Below, piece after piece: positions 1 through 13,480 of a DNA stretch of 64,000 bases (position 1 is the stretch's first letter; the number at the start of each line of letters is the position of its first letter). Where the stretch lies: positions 62,001 through 126,000 of the forward strand of contig JAQFVV010000005.1 of assembly GCA_028023455.1 (NCBI GenBank), read 5' to 3'. The translations under genes were made by a program, and so were the position numbers. The stretch is from Epiperipatus broadwayi (Eukaryota > Animalia > Onychophora). The notes under the pieces are model-generated. The model ran no database searches, was not told the DNA's origin, and was given only the letters and a program-made list of their open reading frames with translations.

Positions 1-105
1 ATATTTCCATCTGTTCATAATATATAAGAGAGTGCCACTTCTGGATTTACCTAGGATTGTGAGATCATGTCTCAGGTTCACATGTTGGTTTTAATCAATG
101 ATGAT
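1..105 (-). mobile_element. Fragment of the same LINE family as 5990-6850
   Basis: Near-identical to 6553-6657 (atatttccatctgttcataatat...ctggatttacctaggattgtgag...tgttggttttaat). Confidence 0.6.
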
Positions 106-210
106 ATCTAACCAGTTCATATGAACTGGTTCTTAAAATTAAAAAAAAATAGTAAACCAGTAGTTAAATTATTCGAAAATAAAATTTATTATTCTCCTAA
201 AAAAGAGTTG

Positions 211-1265
211 GGTAAAACTGACTTTTAGCGGCCACAACTATTTCACCCTCTATTTTTAAAAACTTGAACTATATTTTTAATTGTCAAGTATAAATGTATT
301 TTTTACATGAAGGTCAATAAAAAAAATTTTAAAAACTTACATTTTTATGCGTAGTTTTGAGCTATGCACACGAGAAAATTCCCGAAAATGGTGGCATCTT
401 CGTGCATATGCCTAAATGCAAATTTCTGCAGGTAGGATGAAAACAAAGCTCTGCTGATACCAAATTGGTATTTTAGCTTACACTTTGCTCTCATCCACAT
501 ATTTTCCACATTCATTGTCTGGGTCAACAAAGATGTCTTGGCGGACGACGACAGTGAAGGTATAAACCATTATCTAGACCACTTATATTGCTATATGCAC
601 ATCAGCTATCAGTGATTATATGCATACCAGGTAAAATGTGTTGTTGTATGAGAAATTCCAGAATGGCAGCTGATTTATCTTCATTTTCTGTTAAAAAACA
701 CTTTTTTGACTCTCTATCCCACCAAACACCCAATGGCCTTCTCTCATTGCCCCTCTATGGTGTTTTTGGTGAAAGAAATATGACTCATCAATCTCAACTT
801 TCCATGGTTCACCATTATCATCAAATCTGCAACAAGTGCTGGATTTCTGTCGAAATATTTAGCATATTCTTCCTGGCAAAAATGACACCAGTCTCTGACC
901 ACTCGTTTGTTAACATCAGTTTCACGAACAATAAAGAGCATTTGGCAAATTATTTTAAGTTTTGCCACATGTGAATGTTAATATTTAATAGTTTCTGTTT
1001 CGAAAAAAAAAAATTTAATAGTTTATAACCTAGTTCAAAATTGCACATAAAAATGTAAGTTTTTTTTAAAGTTTTTTTTATTAACCTTCATGTAAAAAAT
1101 ACATTTATAGTTAGTTATACTTTACAATTACATAGTATGAATAAAATAGAGTTCAATTTTTAAAAAATAAATGCAAATTCCTGCATGTAGGATGAAAACA
1201 AAATATAGTTCATTTTTTAAAAATAGAGGGCGAAATAGTTGTGGCCGCTAAAAGTCAGTTTTACC
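211..1265 (-). mobile_element. Merlin (IS1595/ISXO2-like) DNA transposon, decayed transposase
   Basis: TIRs GGTAAAACTGACTTTTAGCGGCCACAACTATTTC / inverse; 8-bp TSD AAGAGTTG at 203-210 and 1266-1273. Minus-strand remnants VRDWCHFCQEEYAKYFDRNP and TMNVENMWMRAKCKLKYQFGISRALFSSYLQKF resemble ISXO2/Merlin transposases. Confidence 0.85.
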
Positions 1266-1333
1266 AAGAGTTGAATTAACAAATCGCTTAATTGCTTCCA
1301 ACAATAATCTTGAATATTATTTGTATTTTTTTT

Positions 1334-2335
1334 GGTAAAGGTTTACTTTAGCAGCCACAACATGTTCACCCTCTATTTTTTAAAATTAGAACTGAAAGAA
1401 AAAAAAGAAACATTTGTAATAAAAATTATTCAAAAATCTCACGTATCAGCTGTAAAAAACTTACATTACTAGACCGATTATTTTCGATTTGTAACTATAT
1501 TAGAATTAAATTAAAATTTATTAAAATGTAAAAGATAAAAAAAAAAAAAACATTTATCTTTTTAAGCATAATTGTGTCCTATGCAGACTAGGAAGTTGGA
1601 GAAAAAAGCGGGAGTGCTGTGTCTACTCCGGAAGGCAAATTCTTGCAGGTACAATGAAAACAAAGCTCTGTGGGTACCAGATTGGAATTTCAGTTTACAC
1701 TTCGCTCTCATTCACATATTATCAATATTCTGGGTATGTATAACAGCAACATCCAAAATTTGATTGTCTGGAACTAAAGATGTAACAAGTCTAACTGCCA
1801 TTTTTGCAACTATAAAATTATATGTGTGCGTGTAATTTGAACTTTTGAACCCAGAGAGTGTCTTTTTTTGTAACAAGTGTTATAAATGTAAATAGTTTAA
1901 ATTCTTAAGTTTCTAATAAAGTAATTATTTTAATTAATGTAGTGTAATTAATCCAACATTCAATTTATCGATATAAATGTTTTAAGTAATGGTCAAAACT
2001 AAGTAATGTACAAAATGAAAGTAAAAATGTTTACTTTACCTTCCGGAGTAGACACAGCACTACTGCTTTTTTCTTCAACTTCCTAGTCTGCATAGGACAC
2101 AATTATGCTTAAAAAGGTAAATGGTTTTTTTTTTTTATCTTTTTAATAAATTTTAATCTAATTATAATATAGTTACAAATTGAAAATAATGGGTCTAGTA
2201 ATATAAGTTTTTTATAGCAGATACATAAGATTTTTGAATAATTTTTATTATGAATATGTTTCTTTTTTTTTACCCAGTTCTAATTTTAACAAATAGAGGG
2301 CGAACATGTTGTGGCCACTAAAGTAAACCTTTACC
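1334..2335. mobile_element. Non-autonomous Merlin derivative with ~300-bp inverted arms
   Basis: GGTAAAGG...CCTTTACC ends related to the neighbouring element; T8 flanks on both sides; 1334-1645 is the inverse of 2030-2335; internal 1640-1790 resembles the transposase C-terminal segment at 415-530. Confidence 0.8.
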
Positions 2336-3289
2336 TTTTTTTTTGTTATATCTAACATAGCAATGATTCTTTTTGAACAGATTTGGTTCAAAATGTTTTT
2401 CCCAGAATAATTCAACAATACGATAGAAAACATACCATTTGATCGCATGCATATTGTGCTTGGAACGTGTGACATGCATGATGAAATGGTTAAGAATTAT
2501 TCTGCAAGAAGTAATTCACAACAGTTTTGTTTTAAGTAATTAAATCCATTATTTATTGCATTTAAAATTAGTTTATTTAAAAGTATACAAATAAAAATTG
2601 TTACTTAATTGGTGATAAACAAATCCATATTTATTTTTCACACAACAAACTAAGTAAGAAATTAATTAACTATTAGTTTACTTAAATCTAACAGAGGCGC
2701 TATTAAAATTAAAAATTAGAAATAAATTCGGCACAAATGTATTTATGTATTACCATAGTTTTTGTAATGAAATTTATTCTTGCTGACATTATTTTACTTT
2801 AAAGATAAAATAACCTCATTCAAAAGGACCTATCAATGCGAAAATAAACAGTAACATAAAACCATTGTTACCAATGATTTTTTTATGCCGATGTTGTTTT
2901 AAATATTTATTTAACTTTTATTTTTTATTTAAATATTTTATTTCTTCACTTACATATTTATCATGCAAGATTTGTTTTTATTTGATTACTAAGTTTAATG
3001 GATTACCAGCTGTAGTAAGTTTATAGTATATTATTTTCATTTAGTTTGCTATATCTGATGCAGCAGTGTGTAATTTTTTAACAATGAGTTCAACATATTT
3101 TTTCTAGAATAACTGGTTCAAGATGATAAATATAACAATAACTTTAGCTCATCAAGTGGCATGACTCGTTTTCAAATAATTTTTTTCTTTTTCTTTTTTT
3201 TAATTTTACTATTTTATTTCAGTTTTATGATTTGTTACCACTCATTTGTATTAAAAATGAATTAATTAGATGTATTTTTTCTAGGGCGA

Positions 3290-4070
3290 ATTTAACAGGA
3301 GAATATAATAAAAATAAACCCTTCACAAGAAATGAAACAAAAATGCCAAACAATATCGGATTTCTTCATAAAAGACCCAAAAACTGATACAGAATATTTC
3401 GAATCAAGTTTTGTTTTCTGTTTCTTCTGATACAACAGAAAATAAAGTTGATGACACATATAAGCTGTCCAGTTCCAAAGTACAAAATATGCATATAAAA
3501 TAAATGTAGATAGTGACCTTCCTGACTGCTGGAATATGATGAATTCAAAGAAAAATATTGCGGTTTTCTTATTCTTGGAAAAAGCTTGAGTGTGATATCT
3601 GTACCAAAATTGAGTCAATAAAAGTGAAGGCAGCTCATGTGTCAAAAGAATGGAGAAGATATAATATTGTTCCAAGTGGAAAAAAATAAAATGCTTTCAA
3701 CAAATCTATCTTTGAAAAAAAATAAAGGTTTTCATCAAAAGCACCCCAGATATGTGTGATGCAATTGAAAGAAACTGCAAAAAATGCATTTTCTAAATCC
3801 ATAGACAAAGCTCATGAAAAGTTTATGAGCTCCACTTGTAAAATTTTCAATACTGTTTACACTTTAGCAAAACTAAACCGACTGTTTTCTGATATTGAAC
3901 ATTTGATATAATTACAACAAAGAATGGGTTAGATATGGGAGTGGGACTCCATTCTCGATTTACAGCTGTCAAAATTGTTGAGCACATTTCAAAATACATT
4001 AAAAAGGAAGTATTTAGAAAAATAATAAATTAGAATTTAAAGACATGTGTTATAATTGAGGATGCAGTTT
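3290..4070 (+). mobile_element. Decayed hAT transposase (KIAA1586/ZNF862-like)
   Basis: Interrupted translation STCKIFNTVYTLAKLNRLFSDIEHLI*LQ..NGLDMGVGLHSRFTAVKIVEHIS...TCVIIEDA matches my recollection of this hAT group. Element ends not firmly located. Confidence 0.65.
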
Positions 4071-5627
4071 TAAAATAATGGTTTCTGTGGCGGTTGAATA
4101 TTCAAAAATGTATGAAAAATATTATTTGTGGTTTTTATTATCGCATTCTTCGTATATATATAGCAGCTGAGCTTATAAGAGTATTACGTGAATTGAAGCG
4201 AATTTTTCTTTATTCAGATTTTTAAAATGAAGTGGAAAATAAAAATGTGATTTAAACTTTAATTTTCTGTTATATGTCTTATTTAAAGAAAATTAATTAA
4301 CGATTTAAAAAAAATAGCTTTAAATTAATGTGTTTGTGATATTTTTTAAATAATTAAAATATACATTTTTGAAATATTATATTTTACATTTATTCCACCA
4401 GAGGATGTCAAAATGTTATAATATTTATTCTTCCTAATTTCATTTTTAATATAAGTAATTATTTCTATTTTGAAAAATATGTAAAAAATAATTATGCTAT
4501 AATTTTTATTTGCTAAAGACTTTTCAAACAGATTGCAAGAGTTTTAATTTATTTTAAAATTCTATACGTATGTGTTTGAATAACATTTGATACTTAATAT
4601 CTTTTAAATAGAAACTTTCGGAAAATACAAACTATCAAACGGGTTTTCTGAAGACTATTGGCTGCCAAATTTTTTGTAGAATGATTTTCTACTTCGTATA
4701 GGAAACGATTGTGTAGTTACGCTTAACCGTGCCGTTGGGTAGGATACAAATATATTATCAATATTAAATGGAAATATGTATTTGCCAATTTCTAAATATG
4801 TAGAGATGCTTAAATATAATGCGTCATTCACACCTATTAATTTAATTATATCACAATAACTTACAATTTTCCTGGTATTACGTTTATTGATGATAAAACA
4901 TATATATAGCGCGCCTTTAGCATTAATTACATCTACACTTAAGCTATCAAAAGTGATTGTTTTATCAAATTATTTTTATATCAGAAGTGGAAAAATATTT
5001 GGCTGGTCGTGTAAAATGTAATAAAGAACATAGATGATATTAATATTATATGGATTTAGCAATGCAATAAGAAAGACAAAGTTATAATATTTTAAGTGTA
5101 GAAACTTTTCATGCAGTCTTAGACATTTAATATTCCTTCTAAGCGGCATTTTGAAGTGTATTCAGCAATATCTTTTGCCATAGTCATGGCGATTTCAATA
5201 TTTTCTTGGATTTTTTCATTTTTTGCTTCATTAAAAAGTTGCTTCAGGTAACATTTTTTTAAAAAATATTCTTGTTTAAATTCTTAATATAAAGTATGAA
5301 AGATAATTGTATAATTTTTATTTCAAGTAGGGCTAGTAATTTAAATGTGTTACTAGAATCACTAATTTAAAATAAACATTTAGTGTTTCAGTTTTGTTAG
5401 ATTAAACATAAGTAAAAACATATAAACCATCTTATTGTTTGCAAAGTAGCTTTTACTTGTGTTTAATGTAAGAAAAAATAATGTATGTTGCATACTGACA
5501 TTTAAATGTGACGCATTCCATTCAGTCAATACAAAGTTATAAAAAAATTTACCCAGTGACAAAATAACATTTGGCATTATTGTCAATTAACCAGATGTGA
5601 TACGGCAAAACAAAATGCATTTGTTAA

Positions 5628-5730
5628 GCATTGGTGGTCAAGAGGTCAGCACAGCAGCCTTACAAGCAATTGTCCCGGGTTAGTGGGTTCACTTCCTGGC
5701 CGATGCTATGACACATGAAAAAAAAAAGCA
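5628..5730 (+). mobile_element. tRNA-Gly-derived short SINE
   Basis: Starts GCATTGGTGG, has A/B-box-like segments, ends GCTATGACACATG plus poly-A; homologous to six other copies. Confidence 0.8.
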
Positions 5731-5989
5731 TTTTTGGGTTCAGCACAACAAAATTAGTAAAACCCTCCTAGTTCACATTTCACCACAAAATTTTTTTTAT
5801 GTAGTTTTATTCTCTGCCATATCTTCCCAGTAGAAACAACATTGCAGTTTTTTATAATGTTTTTTCAGATAATTATGGACAGGGTCTATCCCACAAATTA
5901 CATTCAAGTTCATCATAAAATATCCTTTTAGAAAGACTTGCATTATTCATTTGTTTTGTATATCCTATCTAATCATATATGATTTTACA

Positions 5990-6850
5990 ATAATAGACTC
6001 TGCACTATGTCATCCAACAAGTTTAAATATATATTGATTGGTTATGATGTTGCCACGGTATTTTTAAAATTTGACAGGGCATCCTTAAGTAAAACTTTTA
6101 CAATGTCTTTATTCTATGCTGACAGGATTATTAATGTATACTTTCATGCTAAGCTCAGTATATAATTAACATAGTTGTAGTAGTTATTTTCCTGGGGATG
6201 AAATACTCTCTTTTAAATTGTTATAAGCAACAGCACCTTTGAATCTGTATTATACCTCAACATCTGAGTCCATCTTTCTACTCAAAAAACTACAAAGATG
6301 TTTAAACTATTTTACATTTCCAGTCCATACATTCCTAATGAATTCTAATATTTTTGAAGCTAACATATGGCCACCATATTTTAAAACTTCTCCAGATATT
6401 TCATCAGGACCTACAGCCTTGCTGTTTTTAAGGTTACAAAGACTTGTTTGGACTTCATTAAGCTAGATAACCTCCAAATGAGTAGATAAAATGGATATAT
6501 GATCAAAGGCCATCATTTCAATCCTTGTATCATTATTCAAAAATGATCAAAATATTTCCATCTGTTCATAATATCATTGTCATTGTATGATAGAGGATCA
6601 CTTCTGGATTTACCTAGGATTGTGAGACCACGTCTCAGGTCCATATGTTGGTTTTAATGCATGAATAAATAAGATGAAGAATGAGCACAATCAATTAGAA
6701 TGTCTATATCTTCTTTGAAGTTTTAATCCATCAATTATTTTTAAATCTAGTTGTTGAACTTCTGCCTCCAGATCTTTATATTTTGTAAGAACTTTCACTT
6801 TTAATATATTATTCTACCAAGCAGAAAATGTCAGATTTCTTTTAGGCCAT
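5990..6850 (-). mobile_element. RTE-clade LINE ORF2 fragment (RT N-terminus)
   Basis: Minus strand reads NLKNSKAVGPDEISGEVLKYGGHMLASKILE (KAPGPDGIPAEVLKYGG motif); same family as 20300-22760. Confidence 0.7.
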
Positions 6851-7074
6851 TGGGAGAAAAGCAGTCATTATTCTTCTTTTTAGTGAACTCAGAAATACAT
6901 TCATTTGAATCCATAACACAGTCCTTAAAATTCAAAATTAGTTGTTATTTTACTACTAAGAAAACTGCTAGTAAAAATATTATTTTATTGGTACATTTTT
7001 ATTTACAACTATATATACAAACTCACTCCACACACAACTTTGACACCATTCACCTCAGATAAATACAATCATTA

Positions 7075-7265
7075 TTATTACTAATCATTTACTAAACTAG
7101 AGGTTATCTCTAGCACAGATATAAACTTTAAACCTCAGTTAAAGATTAATATATCTGATTTTTTAATTTTAAACATATACATACATGGAGTTATTTACCT
7201 TTCTCTTTCCCATGTGTAATATCTTTATAGATATATTAAACAATCTCCATACTTCCACATTCTTT
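7075..7265 (-). repeat. 3' part of hammerhead repeat family B
   Basis: Clearly similar to 62510-62710 (ttactaa..actagag..tagc.cagatataaacttt..acct.ag.taaagattaatatatct...catggag). Confidence 0.75.
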
Positions 7266-7824
7266 TTAAATTCATATAAATAAGATACAATAAAAGACAA
7301 ATATTATAAATATCATTTCAAATTTGATTTTTTTTAAAAATTATAAACATTATTTACATTAACTTTTAAAATGTTTGTGTAAAAAAAGTTAAAAATTATA
7401 GTCATAAAATCGTGAAAATGGAGAAATAAAATTATTTTGTTTTACAAGACAATTGGTTTCTTACAATGGATTATTTTAATGAAAGAAATTTGATTTTTAT
7501 TATTGTAAGCCTTAGTTCGAATAAGTTTTATAATATTTGTTTTAAAAAGTAGACAATAAGTAGTGATCATGTGTAAAACACAAAGAAAAATTACAGCCAT
7601 TTAAATTACAAATAGTATGAGATATTTCTAAACCTGAAAAGGGGGTAGGCATAATATTTATACTATTTGAGCTAAATCCAAACTAATTTGATTTGTAAAA
7701 TAGAAAGATGGACACATATTCAATTAAAACAATTTATATGAAATTAAGGCATTTGAAAATTTATACCAGTATATGATATCTTTCGTAGCTGATGTGGGTT
7801 AATAGTTAATCAAATTTGGTACAT

Positions 7825-7921
7825 TTTTTTTTATGTGTCATAGCATCAGCCAGGATGCGAACCCGCTAACTGGGACAACTGTAAAGCAGCCGTCGCTGAT
7901 CTCTCGACCACCAATGCTTGA
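7825..7921 (-). mobile_element. tRNA-Gly-derived short SINE
   Basis: Reverse complement begins gcattggtggtcgagag; flanked by the imperfect TSD aatttggta(c/t)atttt. Confidence 0.8.
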
Positions 7922-8086
7922 CAATTTGGTATATTTTAAAGACAAACATCACTATTGTTGTGAATATGATTGGAATATTTTTAATGCAAAGGGGCATTGT
8001 AATCTATGATATATACAACAATCTAAATGCTCACATAATCAGAATTAACGTCATTTCTTCTCTAGTTTGTGTTAAATAGAGTTAAA

Positions 8087-8140
8087 AGGGGGGGGGGGGG
8101 GGGGTTGGGGGGCCCGGGCAGGGGGGGGGGGGGGGGGGGG
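8087..8140 (+). repeat. Interrupted poly-G tract
   Basis: Direct reading: runs of G interrupted by tt, ccc and ca. Confidence 0.9.
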
Positions 8141-8559
8141 GAACCTCTCTTCTAATCTGATTTCTAACTATAATGTGATCTATTAAAAACTATTGTTTTG
8201 AATATGGATGCATCCATGTTCCTAAACAAAATGCTTGTGATAGTAAATTCGTGTCTTGTGCAAAAATTCAATTATAAACCATTTGAATTTACCAGCTCCA
8301 ATATCAGTATTTCTTATAATTATTGGCCAAAGTCTATTATTTGTACCAACGTGTATTTTAAAGTCTCCAAGAAGAAAAAATTTTTTTTAATGATATTGCT
8401 GTAATAACACTATCCAACAATGAATAAAATCTTTCCTTTTCTGAATTTTCTTAATATGAGATTGGAGTATAGACTTTAATAAAATAAGCATTAGTGTTAT
8501 TGTTTAAATTAGTTCTTCCTTGATACACTGAATAAATCCAATAATAGAATATACTTAGA

Positions 8560-9620
8560 TTTTTCAGCAAATCCAACACCATGTATTCTCCTTTCTCTGA
8601 TTGAACTGCCTTTCCAAAAAAAATGTGTGTGCACCTATGTGCTCTAATAATTCTCCTCTAGGAAATGGGTTTCACTAAGAGCAGTTATACACTAAGAGTA
8701 GCATTGATCTTAAATCTCAACAGCTTCTTAGCCACTACTGCAGATCTCCATTATAGTCTTGAAGAGTTTGTTCCAAGTAAAGTTTGCATATTCTATGTAC
8801 TATATTTAGAAAAAAAAAAGATTTATAATACTTAGCCTTTAGTACTACCACTGCCTTCTGCTTTTTCATTACTACTGATATTATGATTATTATTGTCATT
8901 ATTTCTATCACTGTAATGAGTAATCCATCAAATATGACATGCTAGTCAGACTGTGTGAGACAAACCATTTTTAAATCATCCTTTATAGGCTCTTTTATTT
9001 TTATAGTGGACAAATAATACCCAAATAGAACTCCATAAATGTACAATCTTTGCCAAACAAAATTTCCATCTTATTTCAACTCAGATCCAAATCAACTCAT
9101 TAGTGATTGTACTACCTCAAGCAAAATCACAACTAAGGACCATCAGCCTATTAAGCCTGTCATTATCATTGCTTTTTTTAATTTTTAAGAACTGGAGATA
9201 AAACAGAAAAAGCAGTTGTAGTCATTTAGAAATGCTGTGTGTATAAATAAAGAATGGAGATGTTCTCTAGTGGCATAAGAGGCTCATGGCAACTGTCCTA
9301 CAATAACTTGAGTGATTAAAGAAGAAAAAGAGATAGAAAAGACATTTTGTCTTAAAAATAGTAACTAATCTTTGACGAAACAATAACATCCTAGAAGAAA
9401 CCAGAAGCTCATGCCATTATCCATCACTTATGGAGCTCCTAAGTAACATGAGCACAGCACCTGCCATTTAAATGTAGTATTGCATATGAAGCAGCTCTTC
9501 ACCGATAATCATACAGTTGTGAATCTGCATTCCACTTAGTCATTGTGGATCCTATGATTTAAATAATCAAAAAAGCTTGATATCAAATTTTGCTTAATGG
9601 ATTATTGAAAAAGATTAAAC
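8560..9620 (-). mobile_element. Possible DIRS-like retroelement RT/RNase H remnant
   Basis: Weak motifs only, e.g. TFKWQVLCSCYLGAP resembling YQWRVLPFGLSSAP. Heavily decayed. Confidence 0.25.
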
Positions 9621-10150
9621 TTGAACTTATGATATTGAAATAAGATCAATAAAATTTTGAATAATTTCTTCATTTGATATACATAATCTACAAATTATGT
9701 CAATCAACCATCTATGAGACTTGTTGGAAACATCATATAGAAATATAATATCTTTATGAATCAATGATTTATCCAGTAATATAATTTCTAATGTTTTAAT
9801 AAAGACAAATGGATTTCCAGTTGTCATTTATAAATCTTTATATGACCTTAGAGTTATATTGTATCTGCTCATCTGACCTCTTATAATTATATAGATTAAT
9901 CCCCATTTCATCAAATATGGTGTTTACCCCAATTTTAACAAATCGGATAGAAAACCTCGATGTCAAATAGAGAATCACAAATATATTCTGCCAATGACTC
10001 AATTTTTATAAAATGATAATGTTGTCTAATCCAATGTCATTGTTTCTAGTTGATTTTCTTAGTATTAGATGATAAATGATTTGCTTCCATTCCCCATAAA
10101 TAATTATATAAAATTATTATTGTACACTAACATTACCACTTCAAGATGTA
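9620..10150 (-). mobile_element. Possible Penelope-like RT remnant
   Basis: ORF 9627-9827 (..FLYDVSN..LIDII..IQNFIDLISI..FFNN) loosely follows the PLE RT SFDV..LFT..P.D..I pattern. Confidence 0.35.
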
Positions 10151-10708
10151 TAGTATGTCAAAAGACAAGAACAGATTTAACTATTTTAACTTTTATTCTG
10201 AAATGATATTTAATCAGATTAAAAATTAATAATTTAGTCAAAAATATTTTGGTGGTTGATTAATTTATTATTAAATTAACTTTGGTTACAGAAATATTTA
10301 CTGTAATATCAAGGAATTTAATTGGATCTGCTGTAAATATTAATGGAATATTTTATCTTTTTAAATTACAACAACAAAAAAATCATATAAAACATCTAAT
10401 ATAAATATATATTAATCATATATAAAGTCTTTTTCAGAACATGGATTAATGCTCTTTTCAAATGTTAATAATCTATTATTACATTAATGTGATGTGATGT
10501 GATGTACTGCAGCTTCTTCTTACATATACAACACCATCTAGTGTTCCACAATAGAAGTAAAACACCAACAATAAAAAAATATAACATTAGTAAAATAGAA
10601 CAAGACCTTCATATAGAAATCCAATATAACTACAAAAAAAGTGACTATATAACACAACAATCTAAAAAAAAATTAGTACATGTATTATACAACTTTATAT
10701 ATATTATC

Positions 10709-11053
10709 TTACATAATTTTCCATTCATTTCCAATTGACCAATTGTTAACTAAATTTATACAAGTTTTGTAAATATTTATAGAATTATTTAAGTTATGTT
10801 TAATGTAATATATTTCATATATTTGTCTACTCTTTGGATTTTTAATATAATTTAAAAGTTTAATATTTTTTATAGCACCTACTTTGCATCTATATGTTAA
10901 GCAATGAATGTATGAAGCAGATTGATCATTTCTTGTATTAATTGCATTATTATGTTCGTTGTCTCTTATTTCTAATTGTTTCTCTGTATGACCATAGTAA
11001 ATCATATTGCAAAATTCATAGTTAATTTTATATAGACTATTCCTTTTTTGCAC
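10709..11053 (-). mobile_element. Penelope-like element GIY-YIG endonuclease fragment
   Basis: ORF SLYKINYEFCNMIYYGHTEKQLEIRDNEHNNAI...SASYIHC...KSRQIYEIYYI...N follows the PLE pattern VYKI.C..C...Y.GQT.R.L..R..EH...S..A.H...R...E...I...N. Confidence 0.85.
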
Positions 11054-11429
11054 TTTATATTATCCTTTTAATATCTATCATATGTAAGATTTGTCTCATA
11101 ATATATTTGATTCAGTTATTCTTGAAATTTAAGTATATCTCAATAATAAAAGTATCAGAGATTCTTTAAGTAATTGGGCAGTAATTTGTTGGACAAAGAC
11201 GCCGCTCGCTGGTGCTATTATCACACCAAAACTATAAAATATGAATATTCCCAGGCCATTGATTTTGATCATTTTGCTGTGTTTTTTGTTATGCAAATCA
11301 CAATATTTCAATACTAAAAAAAAAAATTTAATAAAAAAACCATTTTCATAAAATTCAAATACACACACCCTCACACCAAGCCATAAAAATTGTATGAAGT
11401 GTGCGACAAAACAATCTGTAACACAACAA

Positions 11430-13000
11430 AAATGTTGTATTATAGTAAACGTGGGTTAGAACATGTTGTCAGCCGCAGAAATGGCATTTTTATGTGATTT
11501 AGCACATAAATGGCACCATCCAGTGACGTCTTTGACCAGCAAACTATTACCAGTAATTGTCATAATATTATTGATATAGGCAAGTGCATTTAACCCTTTT
11601 CTTAAATGTGGAACAAATATTCCAGGAATAAGATTACTAACTTTTCTTTTGAATCGATGCAGAGAGCAAATAAAGCAGGGGAAAGAGTAGATCATTGGAC
11701 AATAGCTTTTATTATCTGGAATATGGGGTGAGAATTTTATGAATGTTTTGTGTCTGTTGGTTAATTTTTGTATAATTTATTAGTCCACATATAAAGGATG
11801 AGTTTTCTAGAATAATAATAGATATCTGTTTAATTAAATAATATTAAGATTAACAAGGTCAAAAGCATTTTTCAAATCAATTTTTACTACAGCCACATTC
11901 TGACAGAACATTTTGTTTTATATGTCACAATTTCATGGTATGCCAATAGTGAATATATTTTCTAGAGATAGAATAATGGATAAGTACTGTAGTAGTTTAG
12001 ATATTCAAAAAAAGATGAAGTTTATCTAATAGTATTCTAGCAAAATTTCAGCATATATCCTTTAATTGTTATAATACTTAATTGATTCATGAGTAGATTG
12101 ATGGTATTAGAGTCTTTTGTTATGATAAATAATTTATTTATTAATAGCTTTATATAAATAAGATGTAATATTTGAAAATCTTAATGTTATTGCAAGTTTT
12201 AGTTTATCTATTTGTTTAGTCATGTTTTCAAGAAAAATCAAAGATGGTTGTGGTACATTTGGATTTTTTCAACCAGCCCCATGAAGTTATTTTCAAAATG
12301 TAAATGTTTGAAATATTTACAGATTTCATAATTCATCTGATTTCCCACTACAATATTACCATCTTATTCTTTTAGTGTGCAAACTTCTCTCTAATAATAT
12401 GATTTGTCTGGGCAGATTTGATGGTTATACATACCAGAATATTAGATGACATAATTATATTTCTGAATTTTAGTATCTACATATCTTTATTTTACTGAAT
12501 GATATATAATTTACTATATTTTTCAAATATGTTTGAGATTTCTTTCATAAAATATCTTGTATAATTTGATGGAATAAGATTTGAAGATCTTTCATAAATG
12601 ATTTATTTGGTGAACTGTAAAAATCTCAGGCATTTGTTTTTGATTGTATGTTTGTTAACACTCATATAGTCATTAATAAGAATTTTTGACAGAGCATCAG
12701 TATTCAGTTATAAAAGAAATGTTTTTTATTGCTTATCTTTAATTATGTTAGGTGTTCATTTACAATCTATCAATTATGTAATTCTGTTTTATGTTCCCCT
12801 CATGTTAAAACTTGACAACTCCACTTTTCCTTAAATTGCTTCATATTCATTACCAAATCACAGCTTTCTACTTTTCTTAGAATTCTATCCAGACTGCCCA
12901 CTTCACATGTTAAGCATGATGCCAATCACTTTCAAATTGTTTTTTCATCATACCTATTCCATGAAAGCAGTATAAATTCTAACATTCAACAAGTAATCCT
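11430..13000 (-). mobile_element. Decayed non-LTR retrotransposon ORF2 (EN/RT)
   Basis: Minus-strand motifs VAVVKIDLKNAFDLVNLNIIL (DLKKAFD) and GLNALAYINNIMTI (LAYADD-like); endonuclease-like remnants near 12900. Confidence 0.6.
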
Positions 13001-13099
13001 TTTCATTACTTAAAATGGTTATGTCATTTAACAGAAAAAAAATCACTTCTTTCCCTTTTCATTCACAATCATTATTTTTTGATTTTAAATTTACAACCT

Positions 13100-13480
13100 T
13101 GGCATTAATGTGGACTTTGAACATTCCATCATCAGATTTTCAATGAAATGGACAGCTGAAGAGTTGTGGGTTGGAGTAGTTTAAAGCCTGTCCATTAAAA
13201 TATGAAGATTGGCTATCTTAATATAAAGCTAAGCACTGATTGTATATGTGGTGGAGATAGTAATCTGAACCAAATGATTATTGCTGGTTTAGCATGAAAT
13301 ACTATATTGGTGATTATTTATCTTTTCAACATATGTGTGATCAGGTGGGTCAGCAATATGAGATGGCATGGAGAGTTGAGGGTCATGTGAAAGTCTGAGT
13401 TTGAATCCCTTATGTATCCTCTTCGTTCATTTTTTTGTTTAACCCACATTTTCACAAGTTTCCCAAAGTATTTTCACAAC
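13100..13480 (+). mobile_element. Hammerhead family B2 element: degenerate hammerhead followed by a tRNA-like box A/B segment
   Basis: Homologous to 61780-62150. ccaa-ATGATTA-ttgct-ggttt-agcat-GAAA at ~13271-13296; gtttgaatccc B-box-like motif near 13400. Confidence 0.6.

Noticed and set aside
345-974. piggyBac assignment
   Set aside because: No TTAA TSD; the 8-bp TSD, GG..CC ends and peptide motifs fit Merlin.
8087-8140. Poly-G as a functional G-quadruplex
   Set aside because: No context supporting function, and long G runs are prone to sequencing or assembly error.
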